NCBI GenBank assembly: GCA_050084985.1
Contig: JBITNC010000001.1
Span: 83,638,001 to 83,702,000, forward strand
Direction: 5' to 3'
Length of the DNA: 64,000 bases
From: Nageia nagi
Taxonomy: Eukaryota > Plantae > Pinophyta
A model generated the notes under the pieces. It was not told the DNA's origin. It searched no databases and saw nothing but the letters and a program-made list of their open reading frames with translations. Below, piece by piece: positions 38,183 to 52,200 of this stretch; the stretch's first letter is position 1; the number at the start of each line of letters is the position of its first letter. The position numbers were made by a program, and so were the translations under genes.

Positions 38183-39229
38183 ATGATCGAATGCGGGGGA
38201 AGGGGAATTGAGGATCAGCCAGGGGATTGGAGGGGAGGGGAGGTGAAGTTTTTGGGGGTGAATTTGAACGCAGAACTGGCAAACCGGTGGTGGGCAGGGA
38301 ATGTGGGCATGGATCCGGGTGGCGGATCCGGCCATGCCCATGGCCATGCTCCCGGGCATGGGCTGTCCAGAGAACTGCACGGTACATCAGAAGATGAACA
38401 CAGTGGAAACAGCGGACGCCAACAACGGGAACGGGAGGGCAACAACAATACGGGTGCCAGTCTGAACAATAATAATAATAGCAGTGGTGGTGGAAATAGT
38501 AATAATAATAATACACAGGAGGAAGGGCTTGAAGGAGGTGAGGGAACGCGCCGGCCCCGGGGTCGGCCGCCCGGATCCAAAAATAAGCCTAAACCTCCCA
38601 TAATTATAACCCGGGACAGTGCCAATGCCCTCCGGGCGCACGTCCTCGAAGTGGCCAACGGGTGCGACGTCGGGGAATGCGTGGCCACTTTTGCCCGCAG
38701 GCGGCAACGAGGTATCTGCATTCTCAGTGGTAGCGGCACCGTCACGAACGTTACACTCCGGCAGCCAACCGCACCCAACGCCATCGTGACTCTCCACGGA
38801 CGATTTGAGATCCTCTCCCTGTCCGGAGCGTTTTTGCCTCCGCCCGCGCCTCCTGGGGCGACGGGTCTTACGGTTTATCTTTCGGGCGGGCAGGGCCAGG
38901 TTGTGGGGGGAAGCGTTGTGGGTTCTTTACTTGCTGCCGGTCCGGTTGTGGTTATTGCCGCTACGTTCATGAACGCTACTTATGAGAGGCTGCCGTTGGA
39001 TGAGGATGAACCGATGCAGCTTCAGCCCCCGGTGGAAGCGTGGGTGGAAACGGTGGCGGGGGCGGAGGTTTATCACAATCATCGGGTCTGGCGCAACAGC
39101 AGCATCAGATGCAAGATCCGTCGGGTATGCCAATCTATAACGTACCTCCAAATCTGCTGGCAAACGGCCAACTGCCTCATGATGTCTACGCCTGGACACA
39201 GGCCCGCCCACCTCCGTATGTTTAGTTAG
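38183..39229 (+). CDS. AHL: AT-hook motif nuclear-localized protein, clade A (AHL15/19/20-like), intronless; probable true span 38276(CTG)-39225 with a 1-nt frameshift near 39030
   Basis: Single AT-hook [23 protein letters not shown]296 domain with [12 protein letters not shown] and [13 protein letters not shown]...ATYERLPL. N-terminal ANRWWAG. Family-type C-terminus [15 protein letters not shown]...[10 protein letters not shown] lies in the alternative frame 39040-39225. Confidence 0.95.
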   Translation: MIECGGRGIEDQPGDWRGGEVKFLGVNLNAELANRWWAGNVGMDPGGGSGHAHGHAPGHGLSRELHGTSEDEHSGNSGRQQREREGNNNTGASLNNNNNSSGGGNSNNNNTQEEGLEGGEGTRRPRGRPPGSKNKPKPPIIITRDSANALRAHVLEVANGCDVGECVATFARRRQRGICILSGSGTVTNVTLRQPTAPNAIVTLHGRFEILSLSGAFLPPPAPPGATGLTVYLSGGQGQVVGGSVVGSLLAAGPVVVIAATFMNATYERLPLDEDEPMQLQPPVEAWVETVAGAEVYHNHRVWRNSSIRCKIRRVCQSITYLQICWQTANCLMMSTPGHRPAHLRMFS

Positions 39230-40480
39230 TACTTTGTGGTTTGTGATCCGGCTTTTTCTAGTGTCAGTGCCTCCACGCGCACCCGGGGCTTGAACCGGCG
39301 GTTACTCGGCTGCTCTCCGCTTTAGATGGATCTATCTGTCCGTCCGACCAACGAGGTCAGCGAATTATTCAGTGGGAGAAAAGCAGAAGAGAAGCAGGAG
39401 AAGAAGATTATTATTATGTTGTACAAATCATAACCCAGAGTTGTATTGTGTTTTTATTCTGTTCTTTCGTTTTGCTTTGTTTTTTTTTTGTAATATCAGG
39501 CATGTTAGACTTGGATTTGGTGATGATTGGGTGATCACCAAAACGAGACACGAACAGAGCCAGAAACAAAAGGAACACAAAAAAAAAAAAAACAGAAGTC
39601 TTGGTTGCTGTATCTATCTCAGGTCTAATGAAAAAAATTACCCAACTTTGCTTTCCCTTTATTCTATTTACCTTTGTAAAATTTCTTCTTGGTGTAATGT
39701 TAGACAGGTTTTGATTTGATCAGCTCGTTACAAATTTCTTAGTTCTGAATGTATTGAGCGGATTGGCATTTATATCATCGACTGGAGCTTGTGTGTAGTC
39801 GAGAACATTGCAATTTAATTTTGGAGGATGGTAGATGTGATGTTTGGTGTCCTTTTACCTTTTCTATAGTTTAAGACAATGTGTTTTCTTTGACTATGAG
39901 TTTTAGCGAGATTTCTAAATCATCAGAACGGTTGGCTGCATGTATGGTTATTTACTCTATTCATGGTGTGGTGGGTTTTAGGCAGTGAATGTCAGGCATA
40001 AAATATGACTTTTGGTCAGTGGAATTTTTTTCATCTGAGGCTCTAGGTTTATAAAATACTAACTTGAGAATTCAGATACTATAGTTCAAAGCTCATCTGA
40101 GGAGGAAGTCAGCAGAAAGGGATTAGAATTCTACATAGTGACGCTTTGTAAAAATTATCAGCCACAGTAAGCCCGCTCCTTAATTTGTTTCTCAGTAGTT
40201 TCAAACTTCTTAGAAAAATATCCATCTTCTGAACTGCTTATACCCAGTAGCTAGATGCTAACTGATTTCGAACCTAGCCGAGAAATTCTAATGGGAAGGA
40301 TGGATAATTCTTTGCTTTGTATCTCCTGGTTCAGTAGTTATTACTAAACTATGCATCTCATGAAATCTGCACAGGTTAATCTCGTTTAGTCGTACGTTTA
40401 AACAAATCAGTTTCCCACTCAGCATTTGGTTTGCTTCCAGAAAAAATTGGACTTATGAGTGTTGTTTGTGCCCGCCCATA

Positions 40481-40565
40481 TGTACAAACTTCCTTCTTTA
40501 ATTATAAACAGCTGCATGCTTTTACTGTACAAACTTCCTCTTTAATTGTAATGAGCTGCATGCTT
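40481..40565. repeat. 45-bp tandem duplication containing TGCATG (RY motif)
   Basis: TGTACAAACTTCC.TCTTTAATT.TAA..AGCTGCATGCTT occurs twice, at 40481 and 40526. Confidence 0.8.
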
Positions 40566-42820
40566 CAATAAATTTAGATTAGTCTAATCTTGGAAAACTT
40601 CATGGTGCATAACTCCATAAACCATTGTTTGCAAGATCATACAGTAGCCTTCACAGTCTAGAATGTCAAGAATGAAATACTATACCAAAACTCTTCTTCA
40701 GAAAAGCTTCAAGTCCATTCTACAGTAATAATCTTGATATATTCAGTATAGCTATGTAGAAGGTTAGTGAATATGGCATAACGTTTGAGGTGAATAGAAT
40801 CTAGAATGTATGAGATACAGAAGAATTCTTCTTGGAGGAACTTAAAGATTGTCCCTTAACCAGGACTAACTGCGACAATTTATAAGACCAAGTATGAGGC
40901 TGTAGTTGACTCTGGTTTTTCAAAAAGAAGTAATTCCAAATGCACAAGCGAAGTCTATATATGAAGACTACAGGTCAATCTAACATTTTTGGATTCCCTT
41001 CATTTCCATCATCGAAAATTGAGAATTCTGAAGTTGCTGGAATTGAATAGTAACCAAGAAATCCAAGACTAGCACGTGCATTATTGGATGTTTTCGAAAG
41101 CTATCCTCAAGAGCTCTATCTGATGAAGATTTGACTTTGGTATCCAATGAAGTTCTTATGTTGCCCATGTTTCATGTTCTTTAATCCTTGATTTTTTAAA
41201 GATATTTTGTAAATAAATTTCAAATGCAGAAGTTAGGAGGCATTTAGTGAACTCAGTAGCCTCCATATCATGGAACGTATCCTGTATCGTGGAAAGAAAC
41301 AAGGAATGGATCCAAACAATCTTCGTTGGCAAACATTCTTACTCGTAGGATACAAAACAAAATGCTATGTAAATATCAAACGATATTTGAAGAGAAAATT
41401 GCTGAACGTTTATAAGAAAACTTCAAATTTTTTAGAGAAACACGTTTGAAAGAGACCGATTCGTAGGGTTTTCATCGCTAAAACGCATGAATATGTGATG
41501 TTTGAATTCTAATAACTTATATTATGGAACTACATTCTGATTATAGAAGGAACTACAAGGGTTGGTATGGTAGTTTCTAAATGAAAAAGTTAGAAACTTA
41601 AATTTGGATATTGTATTTATCTGATGTTTCAATAAAAGTTTCTCTGCTTTACAATGATTTAATAAGTCATGGATAAAGTTGTACTTAAAAATATTCTTAT
41701 AGTTTTCTCTTATGTTGCATTATGAATAGTTGAGAAAGAATTATCTTATATTAGTATTATTATTAGTATAGATAAAATTAATAATTCATGATCAATTACA
41801 ATATTTTTATATAGTATATAAATTTGAATATAGATACATTAATATCCTATACAATGAATAAATGTTATTAATGTCAAAAATTTATATTTAAATTATGATG
41901 CAGGTTATTTAGTCTTCAGAATTCTTCCACATATTTAACATTGTGAGACTTAAAAATAGTTATTGGTGGGGTTTATTGTTTTTTTTCGATGCAAGAGTTA
42001 ATCCTACTTATTTAACCTTCTTTTCATTTTAAATAGAAACATTCTCAGGTGTGTTTTGTGTTGTGGTCCATGTTATGCTCATCAAAATAGTGTCATTTTC
42101 TGCTATAGATGCTGATAGTTGATATCCCCAACATTTTTTATAAATATGGTTCAATTAAACTAAACTGATAAACCCTTAAATACAAATCATTTTACCCTGA
42201 ATTGAAAGCTTATCAACATATTCAAATTTTACACCATGTTAGATGTATTAAGATACGAAAGAATTTTGAAGGTTAAATAACTAACACCCTTAAATTATTA
42301 GCTATTATATCAAATTACTCACTTTATGAAAGTTATTTACTTGGTTATTTCTTTTTATTTCACATTAACATGATTTAAATTTGTTTTCTAAAGGTGGCCT
42401 TTAATCAAAACATTGTAATTAAAGAATATATATTCTATAAAAAATATTCATGATTTGTATTTAAATTCAATCACATATATCTATTTACATGATTTTCACC
42501 TCTTTCATCATATAGAAGTGGGTGGATTTAAACTTACGCTTCTTTTAGTCTCTCAATTCTTTTTACCACTCTAATACTTATATTCAATATTATATTTATT
42601 AATTTTTTATGATGCCTTATTTTTATGATCATGAATTTCAACCCTTCACTAATGTCCATGTAATAATCATTTTCCTCTTTCTCAAATGTTTTATTCATAA
42701 ATATATCTGTATATAAATACTTTAAACTAGTTTTCTTTTGATCATTACATATATGAATGAAAAAAGGAAGATAAATTATCCAGATACAAAAATAAGGATC
42801 ATTTAATGAATGATAATATC

Positions 42821-43970
42821 TTTTTTTAAGTTTATCAATTGATAAAGACTAGCAATTATGAGGGGAGTTGGTGAGAAAAAGAAAAGAAAGAAAGAAAGTA
42901 TATTAATGTCCTCAGGTGACCAAAAGCAATCAATGGGATAGAGTGAACAATACATGAGTAAGATGCTAGTAAGCCCCTACTAGGCTTCCTCTAAATAAAA
43001 AAAATGAAATAACCTAATAAAGGTTAATACAACCAAATAAGAGAAAACCCGAACTCTAAGGTATAGGTTGTACAAAATCCATAGTTTCAAGGTAGTCATC
43101 CCAGGGGGACCCTCGAGGGTGTGCCAGAAAGACTAATGCTAAATAAGAAAGAAGTAATCTGATGCTCCCTTAATGGGACCTAGGAACCTAAATGTGTCTC
43201 CTGGTTTGATGGAGAGGGAGTGGTTACTCCTCTCAATGCCTTCAAAAAGTCCCCTTTGGGGAAGAGGCTCTTAAAAAGGATGTGATCAATCATTCCTCCC
43301 TGGGTTGCTATGCACATGCTAAGAGGTGCTTTCGAATAAGGAAGGTCTCCTAAAAGTATAGGGAAAGGCAACACTGATCTTGATACTATGTGAAGGAGGC
43401 TAGTGACCTATAATCATCCAAAAAAAGATAATGATAGCAACCTATGATCTCATAATAGATCGAGCATCTAAACATAAAATACTCCTTGGACTCAATCTCT
43501 CATTGATAAAGGTGATAGATTCTTAGATCCTTAGACATCTGATGATCTAACTCCAAATGTAGTTGGTGTTAGAAGACTCTAAATTGACCAAGGGCCATTA
43601 TCAATCCCAAACGAAGGTGTAGACTAATGTAACCCAAAAGAGTTATAATCCCCCCATCGATCTAATGAAAATGTTATGCATAATGGTCTAACTTGGGCAT
43701 CAAGGGCTACGGGGAAAACCCAGTTGGAATAGATAAAGACTCTATAGATCAACTCTTAGATCAATGGAAAAGGGTCATCTATTATCTTCAACATCATCTC
43801 GAGGAGAGGGGTAAGATTATCAAGTGAGAAATCAAACCTTTAAAGCATATCAAAGACCTCAGTAAACCAATAATGTTTGCAACATTGGGGTGCCAGCTCC
43901 ATCAAGGCTAAAGCTCTAGTCAAGAGTCGATCAAGCACATGACATTGCTCCAAAGAACTCAATAAATGTT
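42821..43970 (-). mobile_element. 5'-truncated non-LTR retrotransposon 3' end (RTEX-like C-terminal zinc finger)
   Basis: Minus strand reads ALGQFRVF*HQLHLELDHQMSKDLRIYHLYQ*EIESKEYFMFRCSIYYEIIGCYHYLF, a decayed form of R.SSH.L.IE...R.C..C...E.E.HF.F.C..Y..IR. T7 tail at 42821. Confidence 0.65.
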
Positions 43971-43982
43971 AGGAGTCAGGTA

Positions 43983-44243
43983 GGGAGTGATAAAGTGGGT
44001 TGTTAAAACTCCCAAGTGAAAAAAGGGAGGCCCTAGGTTCAAATCTCTCCCCTCACATGCATGGTGTCTAAAATACTATCAAGTTATGGTACATGCAGAT
44101 GAGGTGGGGATCATGCCCCTAATGGATTTTGATGGTGTGGATGCAACTCAATTGTTGGTTTGAAGCCTAAGATAAATGGTGCCTTGTATTAGGGGATAAA
44201 AATTCTCCCTCACAGAATGGTTTATCTAATAAAAAATAAAAAT
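43983..44243 (+). mobile_element. Putative tRNA-derived SINE
   Basis: A-box-like TGATAAAGTGG (43988-43998), B box GGTTCAAATCT (44036-44046), A-rich tail at 44228-44243. Confidence 0.45.
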
Positions 44244-45298
44244 AATGATAAATATCATAATATAAAGCAAAACCTATGTAACATAGTTCAAAGAGGGTTT
44301 AAAACATAAGTTTTTTACCAACATTCTTATAAAACTCTCATAAATCATCTAAACTTTTTGTATATCATCTTATCAACTACCTTTTTATATATCTCTCTAA
44401 GACAATTTAACACCAATCTATTTTATGTAATAAATATAATTAAATGTATATATTTTAATACATTATTTTCTTTTCCCTTCTTTTTAAAATCCTATATCCT
44501 TCAATAAACTCTAGGATACTTGTACAAATCTTAGCTATGTTAAAATAATCAATGTAATCCTATCTACAATAATCTTGATATGATATAATATATATTTTTT
44601 TGAAATGATAAAAAATATCATGATATGTTTAGACACTAATCTTTACCTTGAACGATGAAAGTAATAAGTGAGAACTTGATGAGAATATTCTTTTCTAGTG
44701 GAGAGAACAACATTGATCACCCCTTTTTTGTTTGGACTTCCTATGAAGATATTTGTTAGAATAAAGATTTCATAGGAAAATGATTGAAACTTGTATTGAA
44801 AGATTTTGGTTGCTATTCCTATATGGTCATTGGGGAAAATATTTTTTACCAAATTGTAATTAAAAGTAAAATTATGTTAATAGAATTAATTTATAGACAT
44901 GATGCTTGAGAAAAATAATAATTTTAGAAGTAATATTTTTAGAATATGATGATTATTGAGGTCATAATTTAGAAAATGATAGTTACTAAACATTAAAATA
45001 CAAAAGCTATGCATTTGAATAAAGAAATTTTAACTATTTTAGATTTTTAAAACTTGTTATATAAATATAGGCATAGCTAGGATGTTGGTGCTCTAGAATA
45101 CTATCCTTAGATCATTGACATTCAAGGATAGAATTTCCCAAAGATGTAGAATTATAAGAAACAAGGTTCAAGAATTTGATATTATGATAAAAACTTAATT
45201 ATTTCATAATATATTACTGAATGATAACAAATGATTTTAGCTATGGAGTTGATCAATGCAAAATTGCAATGTGCGGTAATGTTGATGAAATCAAGTTC

Positions 45299-45304
<6 letters not shown>

Positions 45305-45378
<74 letters not shown>
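45305..45378. repeat. (TA)n microsatellite
   Basis: Directly visible; a second tract lies at ~46248-46291. Confidence 0.95.
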
Positions 45379-45385
<7 letters not shown>

Positions 45386-45949
45386 AGGTATACTATTAAA
45401 AATATATTGATGCTAAATTACATTATATGTGTCCCAATCCATGTTACTATATTATTATGGATCTATTATGATAAAAAATCAAATTACCTTTTGGGAAAGC
45501 TTAGGATAATATCAATGAAGAAAGCTTAGTGCAATATATTTAATCCTTATATTATGGTAATTACTAAAACAAGGATCATATATTAACTTAATGTTAAAAG
45601 ATTAGAAATGATATTCAATGGATGAGAAATAAAGGGAAATTTTTTCCAATAATAGTTTAAAATCACAATTAAAGCTAACATCATAATAAAATGATCAATA
45701 ATATTAAAATATATATATATTAAGGATTACATAATCTTTGAAGGCTAAAAATTATAAAAAAAGATATTCATTCTCACATATGAATATGAAGATAAAAAAA
45801 TATCCTAAATATTTCAATAAATAAAAGAGTGTGATTTCCACTAGATCAAAATAACATAGCCTAATTGAAAAACTTAAAAATCTATAAGAAAAGATTTCTT
45901 TCTTTGAACTGTTAAACATTTCTCAAGTAAATAAGGAAGTATTTGATGA

Positions 45950-46247
45950 TTCATTCATGAAAAAAAATAGTGCATACAATTTAAATGCAACAACTTTTGA
46001 GACCATTATAGACACTTGAAATTCTTAATATAAAGATCTCTTATTATTGATCCATCAAAGTTACCTAGAAAAGATGTAATCAATCGAATTCTTCCTTTAC
46101 ACATCAAGGTATATACTTTGGGAAAAGAAACAAAGAGTGTTATATAAATAATATTAAGTATGAAAATGTTATATTTTACCTTCCTTATACACTTTAGAGA
46201 AGAATATCTATCTTACATTGAACTCCCAATCAAGAAAACTAGAGGAT

Positions 46248-46280
<33 letters not shown>

Positions 46281-46680
46281 TATATATATATTTCAAATCA
46301 CATTGGTTCCTAAAAATATAAACATCCCATTCTATATAATGAATTAATTTATACCTTATAAACTCTTATTGGGTAAGCATTAGATCTTCTCCATGTAAAG
46401 TTCACCTTCTATACCTATACAGAAGCATCAAGTTTGAACATAAATGTGTAACCTAGAAACACAAAAAAATTAGAATCACATAAGTGTTATTATGTAGTGA
46501 AATGAGAAACACAAAAAATATAATAAAAGGAACATTTGGCTACTCATAATGAAAACAACATAAATATTGATTGGTTGGTAGTTTTTGTTATTGTGTACAT
46601 TTTAAGTAGATATTGATTGGTTATTAGTATTTGCTATTGTGGTATTATATAAACTCCATTGAGAATATGTGTCATGTTGG
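45950..46680 (+). pseudogene. Possible highly decayed PIF/Harbinger transposase
   Basis: NIIKGTFG (cf. RNIIERTFGLLK), LVFAIVVLYKL (cf. IVLACCVLHNF) and LFIPY. The match is weak. Confidence 0.3.
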
Positions 46681-49299
46681 AGCCTCTTAATATAGACTAA
46701 ATAGTTTGATTGTTCAATTTTTACTCAAGTAGAATAAGGTTAATGAAAATTCTTTGTAAATAATATTAGAAATAGACCTTTCCAATGCTAAGGGTTCTTA
46801 TATAGAATAAGATTGATGTATTCCCTCTCAAATATTGAGGTGATGAGTGAAGGCAATGAAAATGGTGATCATGATTATTGAAAAGACATATTATGGGTTA
46901 ACTAAAAGTAAATGTATGGATGACATGCATGATTTTAATAAAGATAATGGAGGTAATGTAACATTAGAGAGAAGATTTGATAAAGAATGGAATTGTCAAA
47001 CTGTCATGTTATCTAGGATATTTATAGATTTAAATTTTATGTAGACTAAAGGCCAATATTTATGCCTGTATATTTTTAATTATTTGATTCTATTTTATTA
47101 GTAGATATAATGGATATGGGGTAGATGTTAAGACTTCAATGTGAGCATTTTTAGTTGATGAAATATGATGAATGATGTGGATTTATTTCATTAATACATA
47201 ATAATGTAGACAATGAATTGAAAATGAATCATTTAACTAGAGGATGAAAAAATTATATTTAGGGCCAAATTGCATTTAAATGTGTATAAAAAGCTCTAAC
47301 CATGAAAAATGATTTCATCCAATTTTGTTGTAAGAACCAACTTCCACATAATTATGAAGAATGGATAACCTCATTAAAAAATAAGTGTATTACTGATTCC
47401 ACTTTTCTATGAAGGCTTAATTGTTGAATATGTAATGTAATTATAGGATTGAGTGTTCAATTAATGTGTTAGGACCAAATTCAACTTGACTGTGAAAAAT
47501 AAATAATCTAAATCAATGTTCTTTACATACCAATTTTAACTTAGCGTGAAGAACAATTTTTATCTCTTACAACTATAATTATCATTCAAAAAATTTACAC
47601 CTAGATAAATTAATGGGTGGATGGATAAAACTTATTATCAAGTGAAATTGAAAATGCTATGCATGTTGTGCACTATATTTTGAAAAATGGATAGTTGGTA
47701 TTTATTATGGATGGAATGGAATGTTGACATTGATGTATTTTATTTATTTTTTTGATCTTGGTACTTTTTTATTATTTTTGAGTTATTCTTTTAAGTTATT
47801 TATTTTTATCAAATAAGATAATTTTGAACACAAATATTTTAATCAGACTCTATGATGCATGGTTTTAACTTTGAGTTTAGTCAAGGTTTGACCACTTTGA
47901 CACTTTGGAAAAAGGGAATATAAAGTATTTATTGGATTAAATATTCACATTGATAAATTGAAATTAACTATTTTGGTTTATATGTGAAGCAATAAATGGA
48001 TTTATGTTGATTTAAAAATGTAATTTGGTTTATGTCTAATATATCATTTCTATAAAAAACATTCTTAAACCTTAAGATCAATGATATAACCTAAATGGGT
48101 GAATCCTAAATGATAATAAGTTGGATGTACATATTTGTGCAAGTATGACTTGTGTACATTTGGAATTCTAATTGGTTTTATTAGAATATATTTTGTTTCT
48201 AAACTATAAAAGGAGATAACTTGTTTCAATCTTCACCTAAATCTGACTTCAACCAGATATATGTGTGATAAAGTGATTAATGTTTGGAAAGCTCATAAAA
48301 AATGATGAAGGAAATATTTCATTGAGAGAGGGGAGGGGTGGGGATTGATGTATCACATCCAATCAATATAGGAAGCTTTCATTGGATGCAATATTTTTTT
48401 TTTAACTTTTCTTTGTGTCTTAGTTTTAGTTTGTTATCAATTTTTATTTTTAACCTAATGATATTATGATTTGATTCATAAGTAATGTATGTATTGAGAT
48501 ATAAATAAATGGGATGGGAATATGAGAATAATATTATATACAATTTCTCTAGCTAATGTCAAGATTCCAAGTTGATTGGCCAATTATCACATATCCTAAA
48601 ATTATACATTATAAATAAATAGATTGAGAATGCTAGTACTTATTCATATTAATAATTTTGTATAAAGTGAGAAGGTATAATGAATGTGGACATATGAAGG
48701 TTTTTGAAATGGAGGAATGAAGGAAGTAAACTTACATCCTTGATCATCACATTCAAGAGTATTGGGTTTTAAATTCAATCAATTGTATAGACAAAATTGT
48801 AATGCAATCAATTTTATATTTAAGATATTTTAAGATTATATCAATTCAAAACCAAACATAAAGATCCTAGGAAAAAGGATAATATGGTATTCTTGATATG
48901 ATGTGATTATACTTCAAATATAGGAAGGAACTCAATATGATGTTCATTGATAGAGATTTCATGATAAAAAAAAATGTTGGATCTTTTGATTTTGATTTTT
49001 AAGAGTTTTGACATATTTTTATTTTTTATTTTTTGTATAAAATATTTTTAGGAGTTTTGACATATTTTTATTTGTTATTTTTTGTAGGGAAGGTTAAAAT
49101 ATAACATATGTTGATTAGTTAATGTTCCTTATAACTTCCATGTTAGTAAAATGGTATTCCCTAGACCCAAATTTACATATTACAACATAAGGAATTAATT
49201 AATTTGGTTTGAACTTGTCATGAAACTAATATGATTGACAAGAATATTTATAATTCTAATTGAGAGTAAGATCACTTCCTATAAACACTCTTTTCTTAA

Positions 49300-52200
49300 A
49301 TTTTAATCAAATTCTTCTTAATTAAAATTTAATACACTTTCAAATGCTCAAGGGAATTAAGTCAATTTTCTTCCAAGAAAAACTATTAGTCCATGTATTT
49401 TTGTATAGAATATTATTTAATAATATACTCTTTGAAGAACATTCAAAGAAATAGGATTTCATTCTTGAGAGGTAAATGGCTTTCATTTCATAGATAAGAC
49501 AAAAGGGTCTACTTATTTAGAGGTGAATTGTAGTGTGATTCTCTTAAAGAGCATGAGGGATTTGAGTACTCCAATCCCAATGTAAATTATTGAGAATATT
49601 TAATAGGATTTGTTAAATGATGTTATTGGTTGCATCATATTAATCATTTCCTTATGGATAGTAAGAAGTAAAATAACTCTGCTTCATATAATATGCATTA
49701 AAAGCCTTTGAGCATCTTAATTTTTAAACAATTTTTCATTATCTATTACATTGTATTCAAGGATTCAAAATTAACAAATGCTATAATTCTCTATGAACTC
49801 AACGGTTTTAGGTCCTTTCATAGAAATGAGAGGATAAAATTAAAAAAATTTCATAAAACACATAATTTCTATGATGATAAACTTATGTCCCCAAGAGGAT
49901 ATAGGAGATATCTATCAAATAAGATCCAAACACAAGTGAGAAAATTGCCACATAATAAAATGGCTTAGATATTTGAGATGGTTGGTGTACCAAGTTAGTA
50001 TTCTACCAACACTTGAAATATTTCATTATATATTCACCACAATCACATTCCATGGTATCCTAGTAATATACTATATGCAATAGATGCTTTATGATGGTAG
50101 GATCACTAAAATAGCTATCAAAAATCCAATTATAAACATAAGAGATATCTATTTATGAATCAACCCACTCAATGAACCTCGATGAAAAATAATCATATGC
50201 TTCATGGAAAATAAAATCCTTAAGAATACAACATTGAAAAGCTATCATCTTGAAGGAACAATGACCTAAGGGGCATAAATTATGAGAAATCACCCCATTC
50301 TTAAATAAATTGCCCAATTGAGTATATAATAAATCTTTCTCTTTAGATGTAAGATATAGGAATTCACTTTTTTTAAGATCTAAATCAAGATATAATTGTT
50401 AGACATGGAAATTTGTACATGAATGAATTTTTTATCTATGTTAGGTGGTATCATGAATCCAAGGGATGACATAACATGAAAAAAATAATTTAAGGTACCT
50501 TCAATATCACACTTGTTAAATGATTGCAACAATTTCTAAATAAATTTCATATATCTTTAAATTTTTGCCTCCTTGCATTGATAAATACTCTATCTAATTC
50601 AATGAGGAATAAATAGAAAATAATAATATTTACCTTTTTAAACATTATCTTTTGAGTTTTCTTAAATTCTAGTGCCATGATCTCAAAGTCTTCAATTTTG
50701 CTTGTATATAAAGAATATAATTTAAATAAATAAGTGATAGAAATCCTATCACCTATGATGGAAACTACATTAGAACCTCCCTATTGATTAAAGTGAGAGC
50801 CATCAAAATAAATTATCATGTCCCAATCATTTTCTAGGTTGGGATTAACTTTTTTCTCCTCAAGCTATTAAATATTCTCTTTTAAAAGCTCAATATTTAG
50901 GGTTTTTTAATGTTGCAATGGTGTTTCAATAAGGTGTTATGCAATGTATTTCCCTTTGATTACTTTCTCATTAATAAATTATAAGTCAAATTTTATGAGT
51001 AATATTATCCCTTTCGATGTAAAATTATGATAGTATATTTGATTCATTGTCTCTAGGTGGAACAAATTTACTAACAATACATGTGTAGTTTTATTAATCA
51101 TATGATGTTAAATATTTTTAGTTAAAAAGATTATTTCTAGGAATACTTTTCAATTTCAATATACTTATCTTTAGCATAGATTACTAGAATATGAAAAATG
51201 TAGTAAACTACTTGTTCTTTATTAGCTTTGTTCTTCTATACAAGTATGGACACTAAGGAAAAATTACTAGATAAAATAGATAGCAAGAAATGAACACTAG
51301 TCTAATGAGGAGTTAATACTCAATATGATGTAAGATAATATTTTATATCCTCAAATGAAACCTAGCATTGTTCATCCAATAATTGAGAGATAAATTATCT
51401 AATATATTGAATATTTTCTTATAAACTATGAAGTTGTTTCAGGTTGGAAGGGGGTGACATATCCATGATTGTCTTAATCTTATTAGAATACAACTCAATT
51501 CATTTTTTTTATAGAATAAAACCTATATTTTTATTGATATCATGCCAAATATGCATTACTTTATATTTGATCTAACATTATACTACAATAGCCCATCAAA
51601 AATATTTCAAAATGCCTTTATGTATTAGGCCCTAGTTTTTTATGTGTTCAGTAAGTTAGCCATATAATCCTTAATAATATCATGTATATAATTATGGAAT
51701 ATGTAAGTCATTACTCACTAGTTTATGTATGAACATTTTTTCTCCAAAAGGTATGACTTTGTAATAAAAAATTTATCATGTTGTAGAAAATACCATTTGG
51801 TGTTGGTCCTTAGGGGAAATTTGAATCCAATTATATCCTAGGAATCCATTCATATGGAAAATCATCTCATTGCCTATTGTGCAATCAACTAGGCTATCAA
51901 TATTTAGCAAAGTAAAATCATCCTTTGGGAAAGCCTTATTGACATCTTGAAATTTTATGGAATTTAGAATCTTACCATTTAGTATATTTATAGGTACCAT
52001 ATTATAATTATATTATGAGTAGAAAATTGGTTGAATGAACTTCACATATTGAATATTATATAACTCTTATTTTATCATAGGTTAAAAATGCAATGCATTT
52101 TGTGTAGCATATTATTAACAAGTTTTTCATTCTTATCTAAACCTAGGTTGTGTACATACTAAATTAGTGTCTAAGCCATACATTCTATTATATGATCAAG

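Noticed and set aside
38033-39211. Several antisense ORFs overlapping AHL (38033-38380, 38040-38516, 38215-38784, 38387-38797, 38927-39211)
   Set aside because: They are expected shadows of a GC-rich coding strand and have no recognisable domains.
45221-45529. 102-aa ORF with a poly-IY tract
   Set aside because: Artefact of the (TA)n microsatellite.
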